From: a virus
Length of the DNA: 64,000 nt
Reading direction: 5' to 3' (one strand)
IMG/VR virus record: IMGVR_UViG_3300043478_000034
Below are positions 6,796-16,913 of the stretch, piece after piece. The translations under genes were made by a program, and so were the position numbers. A model generated the notes under the pieces. The model worked only from the letters and a program-made list of their open reading frames with translations, ran no database searches and was not told the DNA's origin. The stretch's first letter is position 1, and each line of letters starts with the position of its first letter.

Positions 6796-7284
6796 ATGTC
6801 TACCACTGACCCCGGCACCGCCATTACCACCACCCCACCTACCACTATAGACCTGTCCAAGCTCCTCGTCCGTGGCATGAAGGGGTACCTGTATAGCCCA
6901 GTCACCAAGCGGATGTACTACATTCATGACCGCAGTGAAGTCGGCCCATCGACATACGAGCGTCCCTGGTCTGTGAACCCGGGCTACGGCTTCGAAACCC
7001 CCGTCTACCCATTAAACCCAGTAGATTACCCCACGTATAACACTGCCAACGACGTTCTCGCCTGGGCACGCGAAATGTGGCCGACCCTGCAATTCGACGT
7101 CTACGCCCCGACACCCGAAGGCTATGTCACCCAACTCCAATACTGGCTCATCGCCTGGAACGGTGCCGACATCTATGAAATCTACAGTGCAGGCTGGTGG
7201 GCATTTGACCTGGACAAAGACGGTGAAGCCGCCGCCTATGACCAACGCAGTGCCGAATTGCGCCAAGCGGGGTTCTCATTCTAA
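6796..7284 (+). CDS. hypothetical protein (first gene downstream of promoter P1)
   Basis: 162-aa ORF. The palindrome is followed by TAAGGAGAACCATTCACA and then the ATG. Confidence 0.7.
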   Translation: MSTTDPGTAITTTPPTTIDLSKLLVRGMKGYLYSPVTKRMYYIHDRSEVGPSTYERPWSVNPGYGFETPVYPLNPVDYPTYNTANDVLAWAREMWPTLQFDVYAPTPEGYVTQLQYWLIAWNGADIYEIYSAGWWAFDLDKDGEAAAYDQRSAELRQAGFSF

Positions 7285-7481
7285 TGGAACCCATCATGCA
7301 GTTCTTCGCCTACGAGCATCTCCCCCCGCACCTGCAACTGGTCAGCGCCCCATTCGGCCAACTCGCTGAAACCATTGTGTCCACTCTCCCCCGCAACCCG
7401 GAACGCACCGTAGCCCTACGCAAGTTGTTGGAATCCAAGGACGCCGCCGTCCGCGCCAAGCTCTACCAGGACCCCCAGTGA
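7284..7481 (+). CDS. hypothetical protein
   Basis: 65-aa ORF. Its ATG overlaps the upstream TAA (TAATG). Confidence 0.55.
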   Translation: MEPIMQFFAYEHLPPHLQLVSAPFGQLAETIVSTLPRNPERTVALRKLLESKDAAVRAKLYQDPQ

Positions 7482-7520
7482 CCCCCAATAGTGTATAGTA
7501 CTCCCTAGGAGCGACTTCCC

Positions 7521-8282
7521 ATGTCAACCAGATCCTCATTGCACGAACCGGCCACCACGGCCATCAACCCCAACCCCGACATCGACATCAACCGGCCCCG
7601 TGCCGCCACCCCGGCCCCAACCAAACTCGCCCCATTTCCCGGTGTGCGTACCGGCGACGATGACGACCCATTCTCCATCCCGGCCCCCAAGGAAGGCGAG
7701 ACGCCGCCCGTAATGATCACCCAGGACACATCATCCCCTGGTCGCACGATCTCCACCATGTTCGACCCCAAGGATCAACTGGAACCCGTACCCCCGGTCA
7801 CTCCCCCCGGTGGCGAAACCCCGGTAGACACAACTGTCGCCATCTCGTCCAGCGACATCATGGGCCTGTCCACCACCCCCAAACTCCTCGTCCCCGTCCC
7901 CGCTGGCGCATCCCTGGAGTTCCTGGGCGCAACTGGTGCGTACACTTTTGGCACTACCCCCTATACCGGGGCAGGTAGTCTGCAAATCAAATGCGGCGGC
8001 ACGGTAGTATCCAACGACGTCCCTGTCACTGCCATCACTGGCGGCGCATCTGGCGACGTGACCTTCACTGCACTCCCCGGTATCACTCTCCAGGCCGATA
8101 TGCCGATTACCCTTACCCAAACCGGTGGCTCACTCACTGGCGGTGACGGCACCCTGTCCCTAGTCGTCAACACCTCTACTCACCTCCCCCCGGCTGGAGA
8201 CGCCCAGGCGCAGTCCGCCCCTGCCCATGCCGCACCCAAGTCCACTGTGGGCACGTCTCTCTACGCCAGGAAAAACAGATAG
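7521..8282 (+). CDS. hypothetical protein (Pro-rich N-terminus, beta-rich C-terminus)
   Basis: 253-aa ORF with a TAGGAG SD. An intrinsic terminator follows it. Confidence 0.6.
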   Translation: MSTRSSLHEPATTAINPNPDIDINRPRAATPAPTKLAPFPGVRTGDDDDPFSIPAPKEGETPPVMITQDTSSPGRTISTMFDPKDQLEPVPPVTPPGGETPVDTTVAISSSDIMGLSTTPKLLVPVPAGASLEFLGATGAYTFGTTPYTGAGSLQIKCGGTVVSNDVPVTAITGGASGDVTFTALPGITLQADMPITLTQTGGSLTGGDGTLSLVVNTSTHLPPAGDAQAQSAPAHAAPKSTVGTSLYARKNR

Positions 8283-8313
8283 TCCATCCCTAGTCAATCG
8301 TTCATTCACCTTG

Positions 8314-8356
8314 GGGCGTGTAGGTTTGTTAGATTTCCTACACGCCCTCTTTTTAT
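8314..8356 (+). terminator. rho-independent terminator
   Basis: An 11-bp stem (GGGCGTGTAGG / CCTACACGCCC) is followed by TCTTTTTAT, right after the stop of 7521..8282. Confidence 0.7.
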
Positions 8357-8365
8357 TGGTATACT
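8357..8365 (+). promoter_or_regulatory. extended -10 element TGgTATACT upstream of the tail-fibre gene
   Basis: It directly follows the terminator and lies 7 nt before palindrome copy 8373. Confidence 0.4.
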
Positions 8366-8372
8366 CCACTTT

Positions 8373-8385
8373 GTTAGTGACTAAC
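8373..8385. repeat. GTTAGTNACTAAC palindrome, copy 9/42 (centre G)
   Basis: 16 nt upstream of ATG 8402. Confidence 0.95.
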
Positions 8386-8401
8386 CACAGGAGAGGCCAC
8401 C

Positions 8402-11400
8402 ATGACACCCACTTTAGACGAACGTTCTATCGAAACCACCAGTGTCGAATACCCGTCCCGGCCCCAGGAGGTCATCGTATTCACGCCTGTGGGCACCGAC
8501 GTAATCACTGGCATCCCCTCCCCAGCCCTCTCCTCCTATGACCAACTCACCGACAAACTCCCGTACATACAAATAGGCTTCTACGCAAGTGGACCCAACA
8601 CCGGCCCCGTCACCATCAACCTCAATAACCTCGGTCCCATCCCATTGACAAAGGCCGAAGGTGGCACCATCGAGGTCCCCCTAGAGGTTGGTGACATTGC
8701 CCTTCATCAATACGTCCAAGCCGCCTACTACCCCTGGACGCCATCATTTCAAGTCCTTACGCCACTCGCATCCAGTGAAGGCGACGTCGGCCCACAGGGA
8801 CCCCCCGGCCCCCAAGGTCCCCCAGGCACCGGCATTGCCATCAATGGAGCAGTGGACACTGTTGGTGACCTACCTCCCACTGGCGACCCCGGTGACGCCT
8901 GGGTAGTGGAAAACACCGGCCACCTCTGGGTCTGGGACGAGGACACTCAATCCTGGGTAGACAGCGGCCTGATCCAGGGACCCCCCGGCGTACCCGGCGA
9001 AGTTGGCCCAGTTGGTCCCGCAGGCCCTCCCGGCACCAACGGCGTACAAGGTCTCCCAGGTCTACCCGGTCTCGAAGGTGAAAAGGGCGATCAAGGCGAC
9101 CCCGGCCCCCAAGGCCCCACCGGCCCCCAAGGTGTCGTCGGCCCCACTGGTGCCCAAGGCGTCAAGGGCGATACTGGCACCCCTGGCGAATCGACCTCGA
9201 CGTTTCATTATAGAGTAGACGCCAACACCGTCATCCCATCTGACCCCGGCCCGGGTTACATCCGCTACAACGTTGCCAACCAGCCACTATCCACTCAGCT
9301 CTACATCGACCTCCTCACCAGCGACGGCTACGATGTACTCACCTACTTCCAACTCATGTCCCCCGGTGACGAGTTCCTCATCGTGGACCGTTACAACGCC
9401 GCATCTGCCCAAAGTTGGTCACTAACTTCTCCCGTCATCGTCAACCCCGGCTGGTTCACCGTCCCCGCGACCTGCATCAGTGGACTCTCCTTCCCGCACA
9501 ATACCCAACTCTCCATCCAGGTATTGCCCCAAGGCAGCATGGGACCCGCTGGCCCACAGGGTATCCAAGGCGTCCCCGGTCCCACCGGTCCACAAGGCGT
9601 CCAGGGTGTCCAAGGCCCCATGGGTCCCACTGGCCCAACCGGCAACATCGGCCCCGCTGGCCCCATGGGCGAAACCGGTGCCACTGGACCCCAAGGTGTA
9701 CAAGGCCCCCAAGGCGTCAAAGGCGACACCGGTCCCCAAGGCCCCATTGGCAACACCGGCCCCGTTGGCCCACAAGGTCCCCAAGGCGAAGGTCTCAACA
9801 TCCAGGGCACCGTCGATAACGCTGGCCAACTACCCCCCACCGGTTCCCCCGGTGACGCATGGGTCGCCGAAGACACCGGCCACTTATGGGTATGGGACGC
9901 CGCATCCGGCACCTGGATCGACGCCGGTAACGTCACCGGCCCCCAAGGTGAGCAAGGCCCCATCGGCGCAACCGGTCCCATTGGCCCCCAAGGTATACCC
10001 GGCCCCACTGGTCCACAAGGTATCCAGGGCATCCAAGGTCTCTCCGGGCCTGTCAACACCATGGATGAAGGGATCGGCTACCCGCAGAAGACCTATCTCA
10101 ACTTCGTCGGCGCTGGCGTCTCCCTGTCTGTCAACGACCCCAACGGCAGCATTGACGTCACTATTCCCGGTGCCACTGGTGGACACGTAATCCAGGACGA
10201 AGGCACGCCTCTCACTGCCCGTACTGCTCTCAACTTTATTGGCGTGGGTGTCACCGCCACCGACGACGCCGCCAACAACCGTACCACTGTCACCATCACC
10301 GGCGCTGGCCAAACCCCCTGGACGCAGGATATCTGGGCGGCTAACTTCAATCTCGGTGGAGTCAAGGGTATCGGTGTCGGTGCGGGGGCGAACCCGGTTA
10401 TTGCTGCCGTCTACGTGCAAACCGCTGGTGCCGGTGTCGCCGGTTTCCGCCACTTCGACTCGGCCACGACCGGTGCTGGCAGCATCATCATTGGCAACGA
10501 CCTTGGCCACTTAGGCGGTCTCATCTTCGGCGGCTCTGCACTCGCCACCGTGGGCCTCCGCGACGTCCTGTCCTTCTACACCCAGTCGGCTACTCCCATC
10601 ATCTTTGCGACCCAGGAAGTCGAACGTATGCGGGTGAAGGAAGATGGCAAGGTAGGCATTGCCTGCACTCCGTTTAGTGAACAACTTGAAGTCCGTGGCG
10701 ACGTCAGGTTCAAAGGCCCGACCTCCAGTACGTTTCTATTCATCGACACTACGGGGGCCGCTGGCAGCACTGCCATCTACTTCCAGGCGGCAGGCGCGGC
10801 CCGTGGCAACATAACTGCGGGTAGCACCTCAGTTGCACTATCCAGCAACACTTATCTATCCCTGCAAACCGGCTCTACCCCAGCCGAACGTGTCCGCATC
10901 ACTGCGGCTGGCCTCGTAGGCATCGGCAAAACTCCCGCCACTTACAAACTGGAGGTCAGTGGCGACATCGACATCACTGGAGTCTACCGTGTCAACGGCG
11001 TGCCACTCACCAGCGGCCAACCCCAAACCCCGTGGGCACAGGACATCCACGGCAACAGTAAAATCCTCTACAGTGTCGCTGCCATAGGCATCCAGGTAGC
11101 CAGCCCACAGGTTGCCCTGCAAGTGGCCGGTCAAATCTGGTCAGTCGCCGACACAGTCATCCTGGAATACGCCGCCCACAGTAGCGGGTACGGGCGGGTT
11201 GGATGCATGAGCTTCCATCCGTTGACACTCTGGACCGACCAATTGGAACGGATGCGGATCACGGCGGCGGGAGACGTGGGAATCGGCATCGCTGCTCCGG
11301 GCGCAAAACTCCATGTAATGAAGGGGACTGATGATTCCGACGCAATCTTAGTCTCCGGTGCGAGTACGACGCAATTCATGGCGTTCCAGTCGAACGCAGC

Positions 11401-13180
11401 CGCCGGTCGCATCCTGCACTGGAACGGCAGCGGCTTCGGCAACATCCACCTCTGCCCCAGCGGTGGCAACGTGGGCATTGGCACCACCAATGTTACCTCT
11501 GGACGTTTCACTGTCGAAGCGGCCACTGACCGTGTGCTCATCATCCGGGGCGACCCAGTGTCATTTGGCTTCCCTCCCGGCCTGCTCGGCCCAATCCTGG
11601 AAGGCGTAACCTCTGCCCAGAGTGCCTTTGCTCCCATCACACTTACTGCCACGACTATTAACCTGATGCCATTTGGCGGCTCCGGTGTCGTTGCTGGCGT
11701 AGGCATCGGCACAACTGCCCCCGGCCATGCGCTCGACATCGTGGGTAACTGCAACGTCACCGGCCAGTACTTAGTCAACGGTGTGCCACTTAGTACCGGC
11801 GGCTCCCAGACACCGTGGGCGACCGACATCGACGGCAATCAAAAAAACCTGCTCAATCCGCGCATCATCTCGATCAATGCGTCCTCAGTTAATGAGCATT
11901 TCCTGATGGTGAGCGGCGCGACGGTAACCGCGACCGCAACGTTTATCAACAGCATCGGAGCCGGGGCAGGCAATAGCATGAGGCTTCGGCTTGGGCCGCA
12001 CAACGGATTTGTCTCTAATCCGCAACTCTGCCCTTACGTCGAATCATTCAGCGATGCGTCAGGCTATGGCGGTCTTGCCTTCGGCACATACAGAGATGCC
12101 CCAATCGAGCGGATGAGCATCACACCTGACGGTGGTGTCGGTGTTGCGATGAGATGCGCGGCTGGCGTGACATTAGATATCGCCGGTTACCTCATGCGGA
12201 TGACTGTCCCCGGCGTGGACTTCCGGTTCAACTGCAACGCCACTTGTGCCGTTGGAACCGCGACCGCTCACCCGTTGCAGTTCTATACAGGCAATGTTCA
12301 GGCCATGCTCATATCGGCGACTCAAACAGTCGGTATTGGCCCGGATACGCCATCCTCTAAGCTCACTCTCTCTGGCGGACCTATGGAGATACGCGGCGGG
12401 AACGCCATCATGCTCCGTCCCCCGGATAACTCCTACCATTGGGAGATAAGCTCCATCGCTGCCGGTCTCCAATTGAGATCGGGCGGCGGTCCTATTGGCA
12501 TGACCATAAACGCAAGCGGTCAGGTTGGCATTGGTCAAATGAGCGCACCCTATCAAACTCTCTCGATCATTGCTCCCGGTACGATCACCGGTTTTGCCGC
12601 CGCCGGTCTACAGGTCCGCATTGGCGAGTCATCCAACAACGGCGCATACGGCATGGGACTCGGCTTCTGCTACATCAACGCCGTCTGGTCAGGCGTAATC
12701 CAAAACGTAGGCCCCGCCCCCGGCCCCATGTTCATCAACCCGCTTGGCGGCAACGTAGCCATCGGCAACATCGGCGCGATGCTTCCCACCCAGCCCACCT
12801 GGGTCAATCCCCCCAACCTGCTCACAATCGTCCCGACCGCAAACCCCACCAACTTCACCAAAGCCCAGCAACAGGTGCTCATCTGCGAGGGTTCCGCCAA
12901 CCCCGGCTACGGAATGGCAATGGGCTACTCCTCCTACGCTGGCGGGTTCTACGGAGGCTCCATCCAGGCATGGCACGCCGCTGGAGTAGGTACGTTGTAC
13001 CTGAACCCGTCAGGGGGCAATATCGTCATGGGGAATTCGGCACCCGGTGGAGCAGACACCGCGAATATGCCGCTTGGGACAATGATGATCTACTATAATC
13101 ATACGAACAGTTACTTGTATTTCTACATTAAAAGAACCGATACCCAAGTGATAAGACAGGCCGCGTTCTTATGTTCATAG
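8402..13180 (+). CDS. tail fibre protein with collagen-like Gly-X-Y repeats
   Basis: 1592-aa ORF with a CACAGGAGAGG SD. It has three long G-X-Y tracts (about nt 8780-10050, e.g. [15 protein letters not shown]). A duplicated module PPTG(D/S)PGDAWV.E(N/D)TGHLWVWD occurs twice. A QTPW(A/T)(Q/T)DI repeat occurs three times. Confidence 0.8.
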   Translation: MTPTLDERSIETTSVEYPSRPQEVIVFTPVGTDVITGIPSPALSSYDQLTDKLPYIQIGFYASGPNTGPVTINLNNLGPIPLTKAEGGTIEVPLEVGDIALHQYVQAAYYPWTPSFQVLTPLASSEGDVGPQGPPGPQGPPGTGIAINGAVDTVGDLPPTGDPGDAWVVENTGHLWVWDEDTQSWVDSGLIQGPPGVPGEVGPVGPAGPPGTNGVQGLPGLPGLEGEKGDQGDPGPQGPTGPQGVVGPTGAQGVKGDTGTPGESTSTFHYRVDANTVIPSDPGPGYIRYNVANQPLSTQLYIDLLTSDGYDVLTYFQLMSPGDEFLIVDRYNAASAQSWSLTSPVIVNPGWFTVPATCISGLSFPHNTQLSIQVLPQGSMGPAGPQGIQGVPGPTGPQGVQGVQGPMGPTGPTGNIGPAGPMGETGATGPQGVQGPQGVKGDTGPQGPIGNTGPVGPQGPQGEGLNIQGTVDNAGQLPPTGSPGDAWVAEDTGHLWVWDAASGTWIDAGNVTGPQGEQGPIGATGPIGPQGIPGPTGPQGIQGIQGLSGPVNTMDEGIGYPQKTYLNFVGAGVSLSVNDPNGSIDVTIPGATGGHVIQDEGTPLTARTALNFIGVGVTATDDAANNRTTVTITGAGQTPWTQDIWAANFNLGGVKGIGVGAGANPVIAAVYVQTAGAGVAGFRHFDSATTGAGSIIIGNDLGHLGGLIFGGSALATVGLRDVLSFYTQSATPIIFATQEVERMRVKEDGKVGIACTPFSEQLEVRGDVRFKGPTSSTFLFIDTTGAAGSTAIYFQAAGAARGNITAGSTSVALSSNTYLSLQTGSTPAERVRITAAGLVGIGKTPATYKLEVSGDIDITGVYRVNGVPLTSGQPQTPWAQDIHGNSKILYSVAAIGIQVASPQVALQVAGQIWSVADTVILEYAAHSSGYGRVGCMSFHPLTLWTDQLERMRITAAGDVGIGIAAPGAKLHVMKGTDDSDAILVSGASTTQFMAFQSNAAAGRILHWNGSGFGNIHLCPSGGNVGIGTTNVTSGRFTVEAATDRVLIIRGDPVSFGFPPGLLGPILEGVTSAQSAFAPITLTATTINLMPFGGSGVVAGVGIGTTAPGHALDIVGNCNVTGQYLVNGVPLSTGGSQTPWATDIDGNQKNLLNPRIISINASSVNEHFLMVSGATVTATATFINSIGAGAGNSMRLRLGPHNGFVSNPQLCPYVESFSDASGYGGLAFGTYRDAPIERMSITPDGGVGVAMRCAAGVTLDIAGYLMRMTVPGVDFRFNCNATCAVGTATAHPLQFYTGNVQAMLISATQTVGIGPDTPSSKLTLSGGPMEIRGGNAIMLRPPDNSYHWEISSIAAGLQLRSGGGPIGMTINASGQVGIGQMSAPYQTLSIIAPGTITGFAAAGLQVRIGESSNNGAYGMGLGFCYINAVWSGVIQNVGPAPGPMFINPLGGNVAIGNIGAMLPTQPTWVNPPNLLTIVPTANPTNFTKAQQQVLICEGSANPGYGMAMGYSSYAGGFYGGSIQAWHAAGVGTLYLNPSGGNIVMGNSAPGGADTANMPLGTMMIYYNHTNSYLYFYIKRTDTQVIRQAAFLCS

Positions 13181-13192
13181 AAAGAGGTTCAA

Positions 13193-13480
13193 ATGACTTA
13201 CACAGAATCAGCCACACTCATGACCGACCAGACCTTTCGGGGCCGTGTCCAGGTGGCCGTCCTCAAATACGCCGACAGCATCATGATAGAGGCATCGAGC
13301 GTGCCAGCGCATAACACACGCGAACGCTGGGCAACGCAAGCGATGCAGAACCCGGCAATGGTAGCCGCGCAGATCCAACCACCCACCGTCATGGACCCCG
13401 CAGTGCAGCAGGATGGGGCGAGTGTCACAGACGCGGCATTGCAAGCCGCCGTAGAAGGTGTCGTCAATAAGTTACTATAA
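13193..13480 (+). CDS. hypothetical protein
   Basis: 95-aa ORF with an AAAGAGG SD, 12 nt after the fibre stop. Confidence 0.55.
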   Translation: MTYTESATLMTDQTFRGRVQVAVLKYADSIMIEASSVPAHNTRERWATQAMQNPAMVAAQIQPPTVMDPAVQQDGASVTDAALQAAVEGVVNKLL

Positions 13481-13487
13481 ATATCCT

Positions 13488-13847
13488 ATGCAATCCCTCA
13501 CCCTACCCTACTACCAGCGTGTCATGCTGTGGAACATGCTAGGAAACCACCAAGCCGCCAACCTCAAGGAGGCGAGTGTATATTTACGTGTCATCGAGAA
13601 AATACGTCTCACTGACCAGGAGCAGATCGACAGCGAGTTCACCACCGCTGGCCAGCAATATGGGTGGAAGCTGCCATTCGCAACCTTTGGCACACGGGAC
13701 ATCGACCTGGAAAACGAGGAGGCCAAATGCCTCTCAACTGCAATAGAATCAGCGGCCCCAGTGCGGGTCATCGACGCCGAATGGCTGTCCAGCCTAGTGT
13801 CCCAGCTGGCCCGTCCCGCTATGGAGTTAGTCACTAACCACCAGTAA
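13488..13847 (+). CDS. hypothetical protein
   Basis: Track ORF 13458..13847 (GTG start) trimmed to the first ATG after the upstream stop. No clear SD. The C-terminus ELVTNHQ is encoded by a palindrome copy. Confidence 0.45.
   Translation: MQSLTLPYYQRVMLWNMLGNHQAANLKEASVYLRVIEKIRLTDQEQIDSEFTTAGQQYGWKLPFATFGTRDIDLENEEAKCLSTAIESAAPVRVIDAEWLSSLVSQLARPAMELVTNHQ
13826..13838. repeat. GTTAGTNACTAAC palindrome, copy 10/42 (centre C)
   Basis: In frame (LVTN), 2 codons before the stop of 13488..13847. Confidence 0.95.
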
Positions 13848-13885
13848 AACAGTAACGTTACAATACGCCGACACTCATTTTCCCA

Positions 13886-13915
13886 TTGACATACGGCGTC
13901 ACTATCGTGTACTCT
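13886..13915 (+). promoter_or_regulatory. sigma70-like promoter P2 (TTGACA-N18-TACTCT)
   Basis: The -35 box TTGACA is at 13886-13891. The -10 box TACTCT is at 13910-13915. It shares TTGACAT-N5-CGTCA with P1 and P3 and faces the terminase/head genes. Confidence 0.5.
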
Positions 13916-13937
13916 ACAGCCTAGAGGAGTACCACCC

Positions 13938-14372
13938 ATGCCCAGCACGATGGACATGAACGAGCGCACGCTATACCTCGGCCTGAAGCCCACCGGCACC
14001 AAGGCCGAGAAGTACAGTGCCGAGCGCAAGGAGGCCAAGCGTGCGTCTACGTCCAATGCCTCCAATGTTCGCATCACGGACAAGGAGAATCTTGCGACCA
14101 AGACCGAGAAGGTTCACGAAGCACTAATGGAAGAGTCCCGCGCCAAGGCCAAGAAGCCAAAGTCTAAGGGAAATGGCAACATGGAATCCTGCGGGGGCAT
14201 GTACGAGTACTGCGAGATCGAAGCCATCACTCCCACTCACGTCGCCTACAAGCAAGGCCCTGACCTCTATGGGCGGACGTACATGTACGATGTGGGTACC
14301 GGCGAAGTGGAACTCGGTCCCCGCATGACGGTTCACCAGGAGCTTGTCTTCGGTAAGCCCGACGCCGCCTAG
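13938..14372 (+). CDS. hypothetical protein (Lys-rich)
   Basis: 144-aa ORF with a TAGAGGAG SD, immediately downstream of promoter P2. Confidence 0.6.
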   Translation: MPSTMDMNERTLYLGLKPTGTKAEKYSAERKEAKRASTSNASNVRITDKENLATKTEKVHEALMEESRAKAKKPKSKGNGNMESCGGMYEYCEIEAITPTHVAYKQGPDLYGRTYMYDVGTGEVELGPRMTVHQELVFGKPDAA

Positions 14373-14384
14373 TTAGTGACTAAC
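14372..14384. repeat. GTTAGTNACTAAC palindrome, copy 11/42 (centre G)
   Basis: Its first G is the last base of the TAG stop of 13938..14372. Confidence 0.95.
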
Positions 14385-14403
14385 CTTGATATGATACTTG
14401 CGT

Positions 14404-15060
14404 ATGGCTCTCAACCTACGCAATAATAGACAGGGGAACGGGAACGCCACGGCCACTGCCGTCAACGGTATCGACCATACTGCCGACAGCATCCCTCCTG
14501 GGCAACCTGTTCCCTTTGTCCCACCATGGGCACGTCTCGTTGACGACTTCACCGCAGCGTATCCCCCAACGTCTGACAACATCGACGAATACATTGCTGC
14601 GGTCGCCATCCGCTTCGCCATCCCCGAGATTGAACTATCCAATTACATACGTAGTCGCATACGTCGTGGCCAACTCATTGCACGCGCCACCATGGAACGC
14701 GCCATGTATGTTAAAGCCCAGGAGGCGGCGGCACTAGTAGGTGTACGCATTGCCAAAGCCTTCGCCGTGATAGATGATGGGATGAATGCGGAGCGTGTCA
14801 CATACGACCGGGAAGGTAACGCTCACTTTACTCCAGATCACCGTACCCGCATTACGGCAGCGGCCAAACTCCTCGACACCTTAGGGGCGAATCATCCCAG
14901 CAAGGCCATTGTCGAGCATGAGATAGGTGATAAGTTGGCCGCACTGTCCACCGATGAGTTGCGCCTACGTCTCGTAGAACTGGTGCAACAGGCCGGGGGT
15001 ACACTCCGTGCCTCTGGGGTCAAAGGTATAATTGACGTTTCACCCCCAGTTAGTGACTAA
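14404..15060 (+). CDS. putative terminase small subunit (assigned by position)
   Basis: Track ORF 14398..15060 (TTG start) trimmed to ATG 14404. It lies directly upstream of the large terminase. No diagnostic motif was recognised. Confidence 0.45.
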   Translation: MALNLRNNRQGNGNATATAVNGIDHTADSIPPGQPVPFVPPWARLVDDFTAAYPPTSDNIDEYIAAVAIRFAIPEIELSNYIRSRIRRGQLIARATMERAMYVKAQEAAALVGVRIAKAFAVIDDGMNAERVTYDREGNAHFTPDHRTRITAAAKLLDTLGANHPSKAIVEHEIGDKLAALSTDELRLRLVELVQQAGGTLRASGVKGIIDVSPPVSD

Positions 15061-15061
15061 C
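15049..15061. repeat. GTTAGTNACTAAC palindrome, copy 12/42 (centre G)
   Basis: Contains the TAA stop of 14404..15060. 4 nt before the terL ATG. Confidence 0.95.
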
Positions 15062-15065
15062 CGCA

Positions 15066-16901
15066 ATGGCCACCACTACCACCACCCCACAATTCACCCC
15101 GCTCCCCAACTTAGCTAATGTCAAACTCGCCGCCGACATCGCCGAACTCACCGACGAGCTAATCTTCCGCGAGTCCAATATCAACACCCCAAAGTCGGCC
15201 ATGTTCTGGCTCCGCAATGGCACCCGCACCGTAGACGAGCAGGATGCCAACAGCCGCAAGCCCTTCCCGCTCTCCCCCTACTTCGACTACATCGCCGCCG
15301 ACATGATGGTGCGGCCACCCAAGGGCGAGTCCCTCATCCACGCCACATACAAGTCCCGCACCCTAATGATGTCATGGACTGCCGCTGGTCTAGCCGCCCA
15401 CATGATGGCCACGCAACCCGACACCCGTGTCATTGTGCAATCCGCCGACCAGCCACGCGCCGCCAAGATCATCGAGAAGATCAAGGTCCTGTTGATGAAC
15501 AGCACTGACAGGCTAAAGGGTAAATGGCTGGGCGACCTGACGTTGGATCTATTCAGCCAGTCCTATGCCGAATGCAATCTCCCCAACGGCTCCAGTGCCG
15601 CCGCCTTTGCCTCTGGCAGTGACAAGATCCGCTTCGAGCACGGCACCATCTACATCTTTGACGAAGCATCCCTGGAGGACGAGTTACTCGAATGCGTTAC
15701 CAATGCTCTCGCCGCCAAGACACCGTTTATATGGCTCATCGCCACAGCCAAACCCGGCCCCCTGAACGAAATCTGGAAGGAATGCAAGCAGATCCCGTGG
15801 TCGTACAACCCCCTCCTCCACCAGGACTCGTACTCCTACACTCACCTTTTCGACCATGGCAGTCTTGCACAAGTTGGACTATCTGGACTACTGGTACCCA
15901 CCCCGGGGATGAGCAATGATGTCACCGGCCCAATACCCGGCCTAACCAAGCACCTCTCCCCACAGGGCTGGGTGTTCATTCGCGTCCACTACAGTTGCGA
16001 CCCATCCATGCGGGACCCCGCGAAACTCAAACGTGTCGCCAAGGTCTTCGGCGGCATGGGATCGCCCATGTGGAAGCGCGAGATGGAGATTGACGCCGAA
16101 GCTCTAGGCGGCGCATTAGTTCACCCCAAATACAGTGAGGCCATCCATGTCATCCCCGATAAATCCATACCCGAGCACGGCTGTCTCTTTATGTCCATTG
16201 ATCCTCATCCACGTACCGAGCACGCTGCCCTTTGGATGCTCGTTACTCGCGAGTACGACTTCTATTTCTATCGAGAGTCCTGGCCGTCGAATGTTTATGG
16301 TACTGGTAGAAGGCTCCGTGACGAGGATGAGTGTAACCGTTACACCGTGCGTACCTACGCCGAGTACATAGCCTTTGTCGAGGGCAATGAAATCGTTGCC
16401 ACCAACCCGGGTACCCCCTATGAAATGTACCAGTACACTCATCGCGATGGTGGCGAACGCATCGTATCTCGTCTTATGGATCAGGCAGGCAAGGGGTTTC
16501 GCATTAGTGGGGAAGGGACACCAGATCTCTTCATCTATGACGAGTACCGCAAGTATGGGATATATTGCCAAGATCCACGTAAATCACATGCGGTTGGTAA
16601 TGACAAAATCGACGAGCTACTGGAACCCAAGCCCTGGCGTAATACTACTAGGCCACGCCTATTTATCGCAGAATCCCTACTTGAGTTGCGTGCTGAATTT
16701 CGCAATCACCGCTATGCGACCACATCGACGTCACTCGCCAAGGACCTCAACCAGCGTGTATCGCAGTTCCGCACCCACATGCTGGACAACTGCCGCTATC
16801 TACTAAGTGGTAACATATTCTACACCGAGATGATGGCATCGAACCGTTACCTCATCTCCAACCAGTTCTCCTCGCCGCAAGTATTGCAAGTTAGTCACTA
16901 A
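15066..16901 (+). CDS. terL: terminase large subunit
   Basis: 611 aa. Deviant Walker A YKSRTLMMS. Walker B GTIYIFDEAS. C-terminal RNase-H-like nuclease segment FMSIDPHPRTEHAALWM. Portal-sized gene follows. Confidence 0.8.
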   Translation: MATTTTTPQFTPLPNLANVKLAADIAELTDELIFRESNINTPKSAMFWLRNGTRTVDEQDANSRKPFPLSPYFDYIAADMMVRPPKGESLIHATYKSRTLMMSWTAAGLAAHMMATQPDTRVIVQSADQPRAAKIIEKIKVLLMNSTDRLKGKWLGDLTLDLFSQSYAECNLPNGSSAAAFASGSDKIRFEHGTIYIFDEASLEDELLECVTNALAAKTPFIWLIATAKPGPLNEIWKECKQIPWSYNPLLHQDSYSYTHLFDHGSLAQVGLSGLLVPTPGMSNDVTGPIPGLTKHLSPQGWVFIRVHYSCDPSMRDPAKLKRVAKVFGGMGSPMWKREMEIDAEALGGALVHPKYSEAIHVIPDKSIPEHGCLFMSIDPHPRTEHAALWMLVTREYDFYFYRESWPSNVYGTGRRLRDEDECNRYTVRTYAEYIAFVEGNEIVATNPGTPYEMYQYTHRDGGERIVSRLMDQAGKGFRISGEGTPDLFIYDEYRKYGIYCQDPRKSHAVGNDKIDELLEPKPWRNTTRPRLFIAESLLELRAEFRNHRYATTSTSLAKDLNQRVSQFRTHMLDNCRYLLSGNIFYTEMMASNRYLISNQFSSPQVLQVSH

Positions 16902-16902
16902 C
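16890..16902. repeat. GTTAGTNACTAAC palindrome, copy 13/42 (centre C)
   Basis: Contains the TAA stop of terL. 11 nt before the portal ATG. Confidence 0.95.
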
Positions 16903-16913
16903 AAGGAGTCGCC

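Noticed and set aside
9391-10190. Long antisense or alternative-frame track ORFs, for example 9391..10062(-), 9480..10190(+), 11131..11838(-), 35411..36265(-), 48659..49834(+), 50962..51693(+) and 57527..58411(+).
   Set aside because: They lie entirely inside better-supported genes with recognisable motifs, lack Shine-Dalgarno sequences and have low-complexity Pro/Arg/Gly-rich translations. These are typical shadow ORFs of GC-rich DNA.
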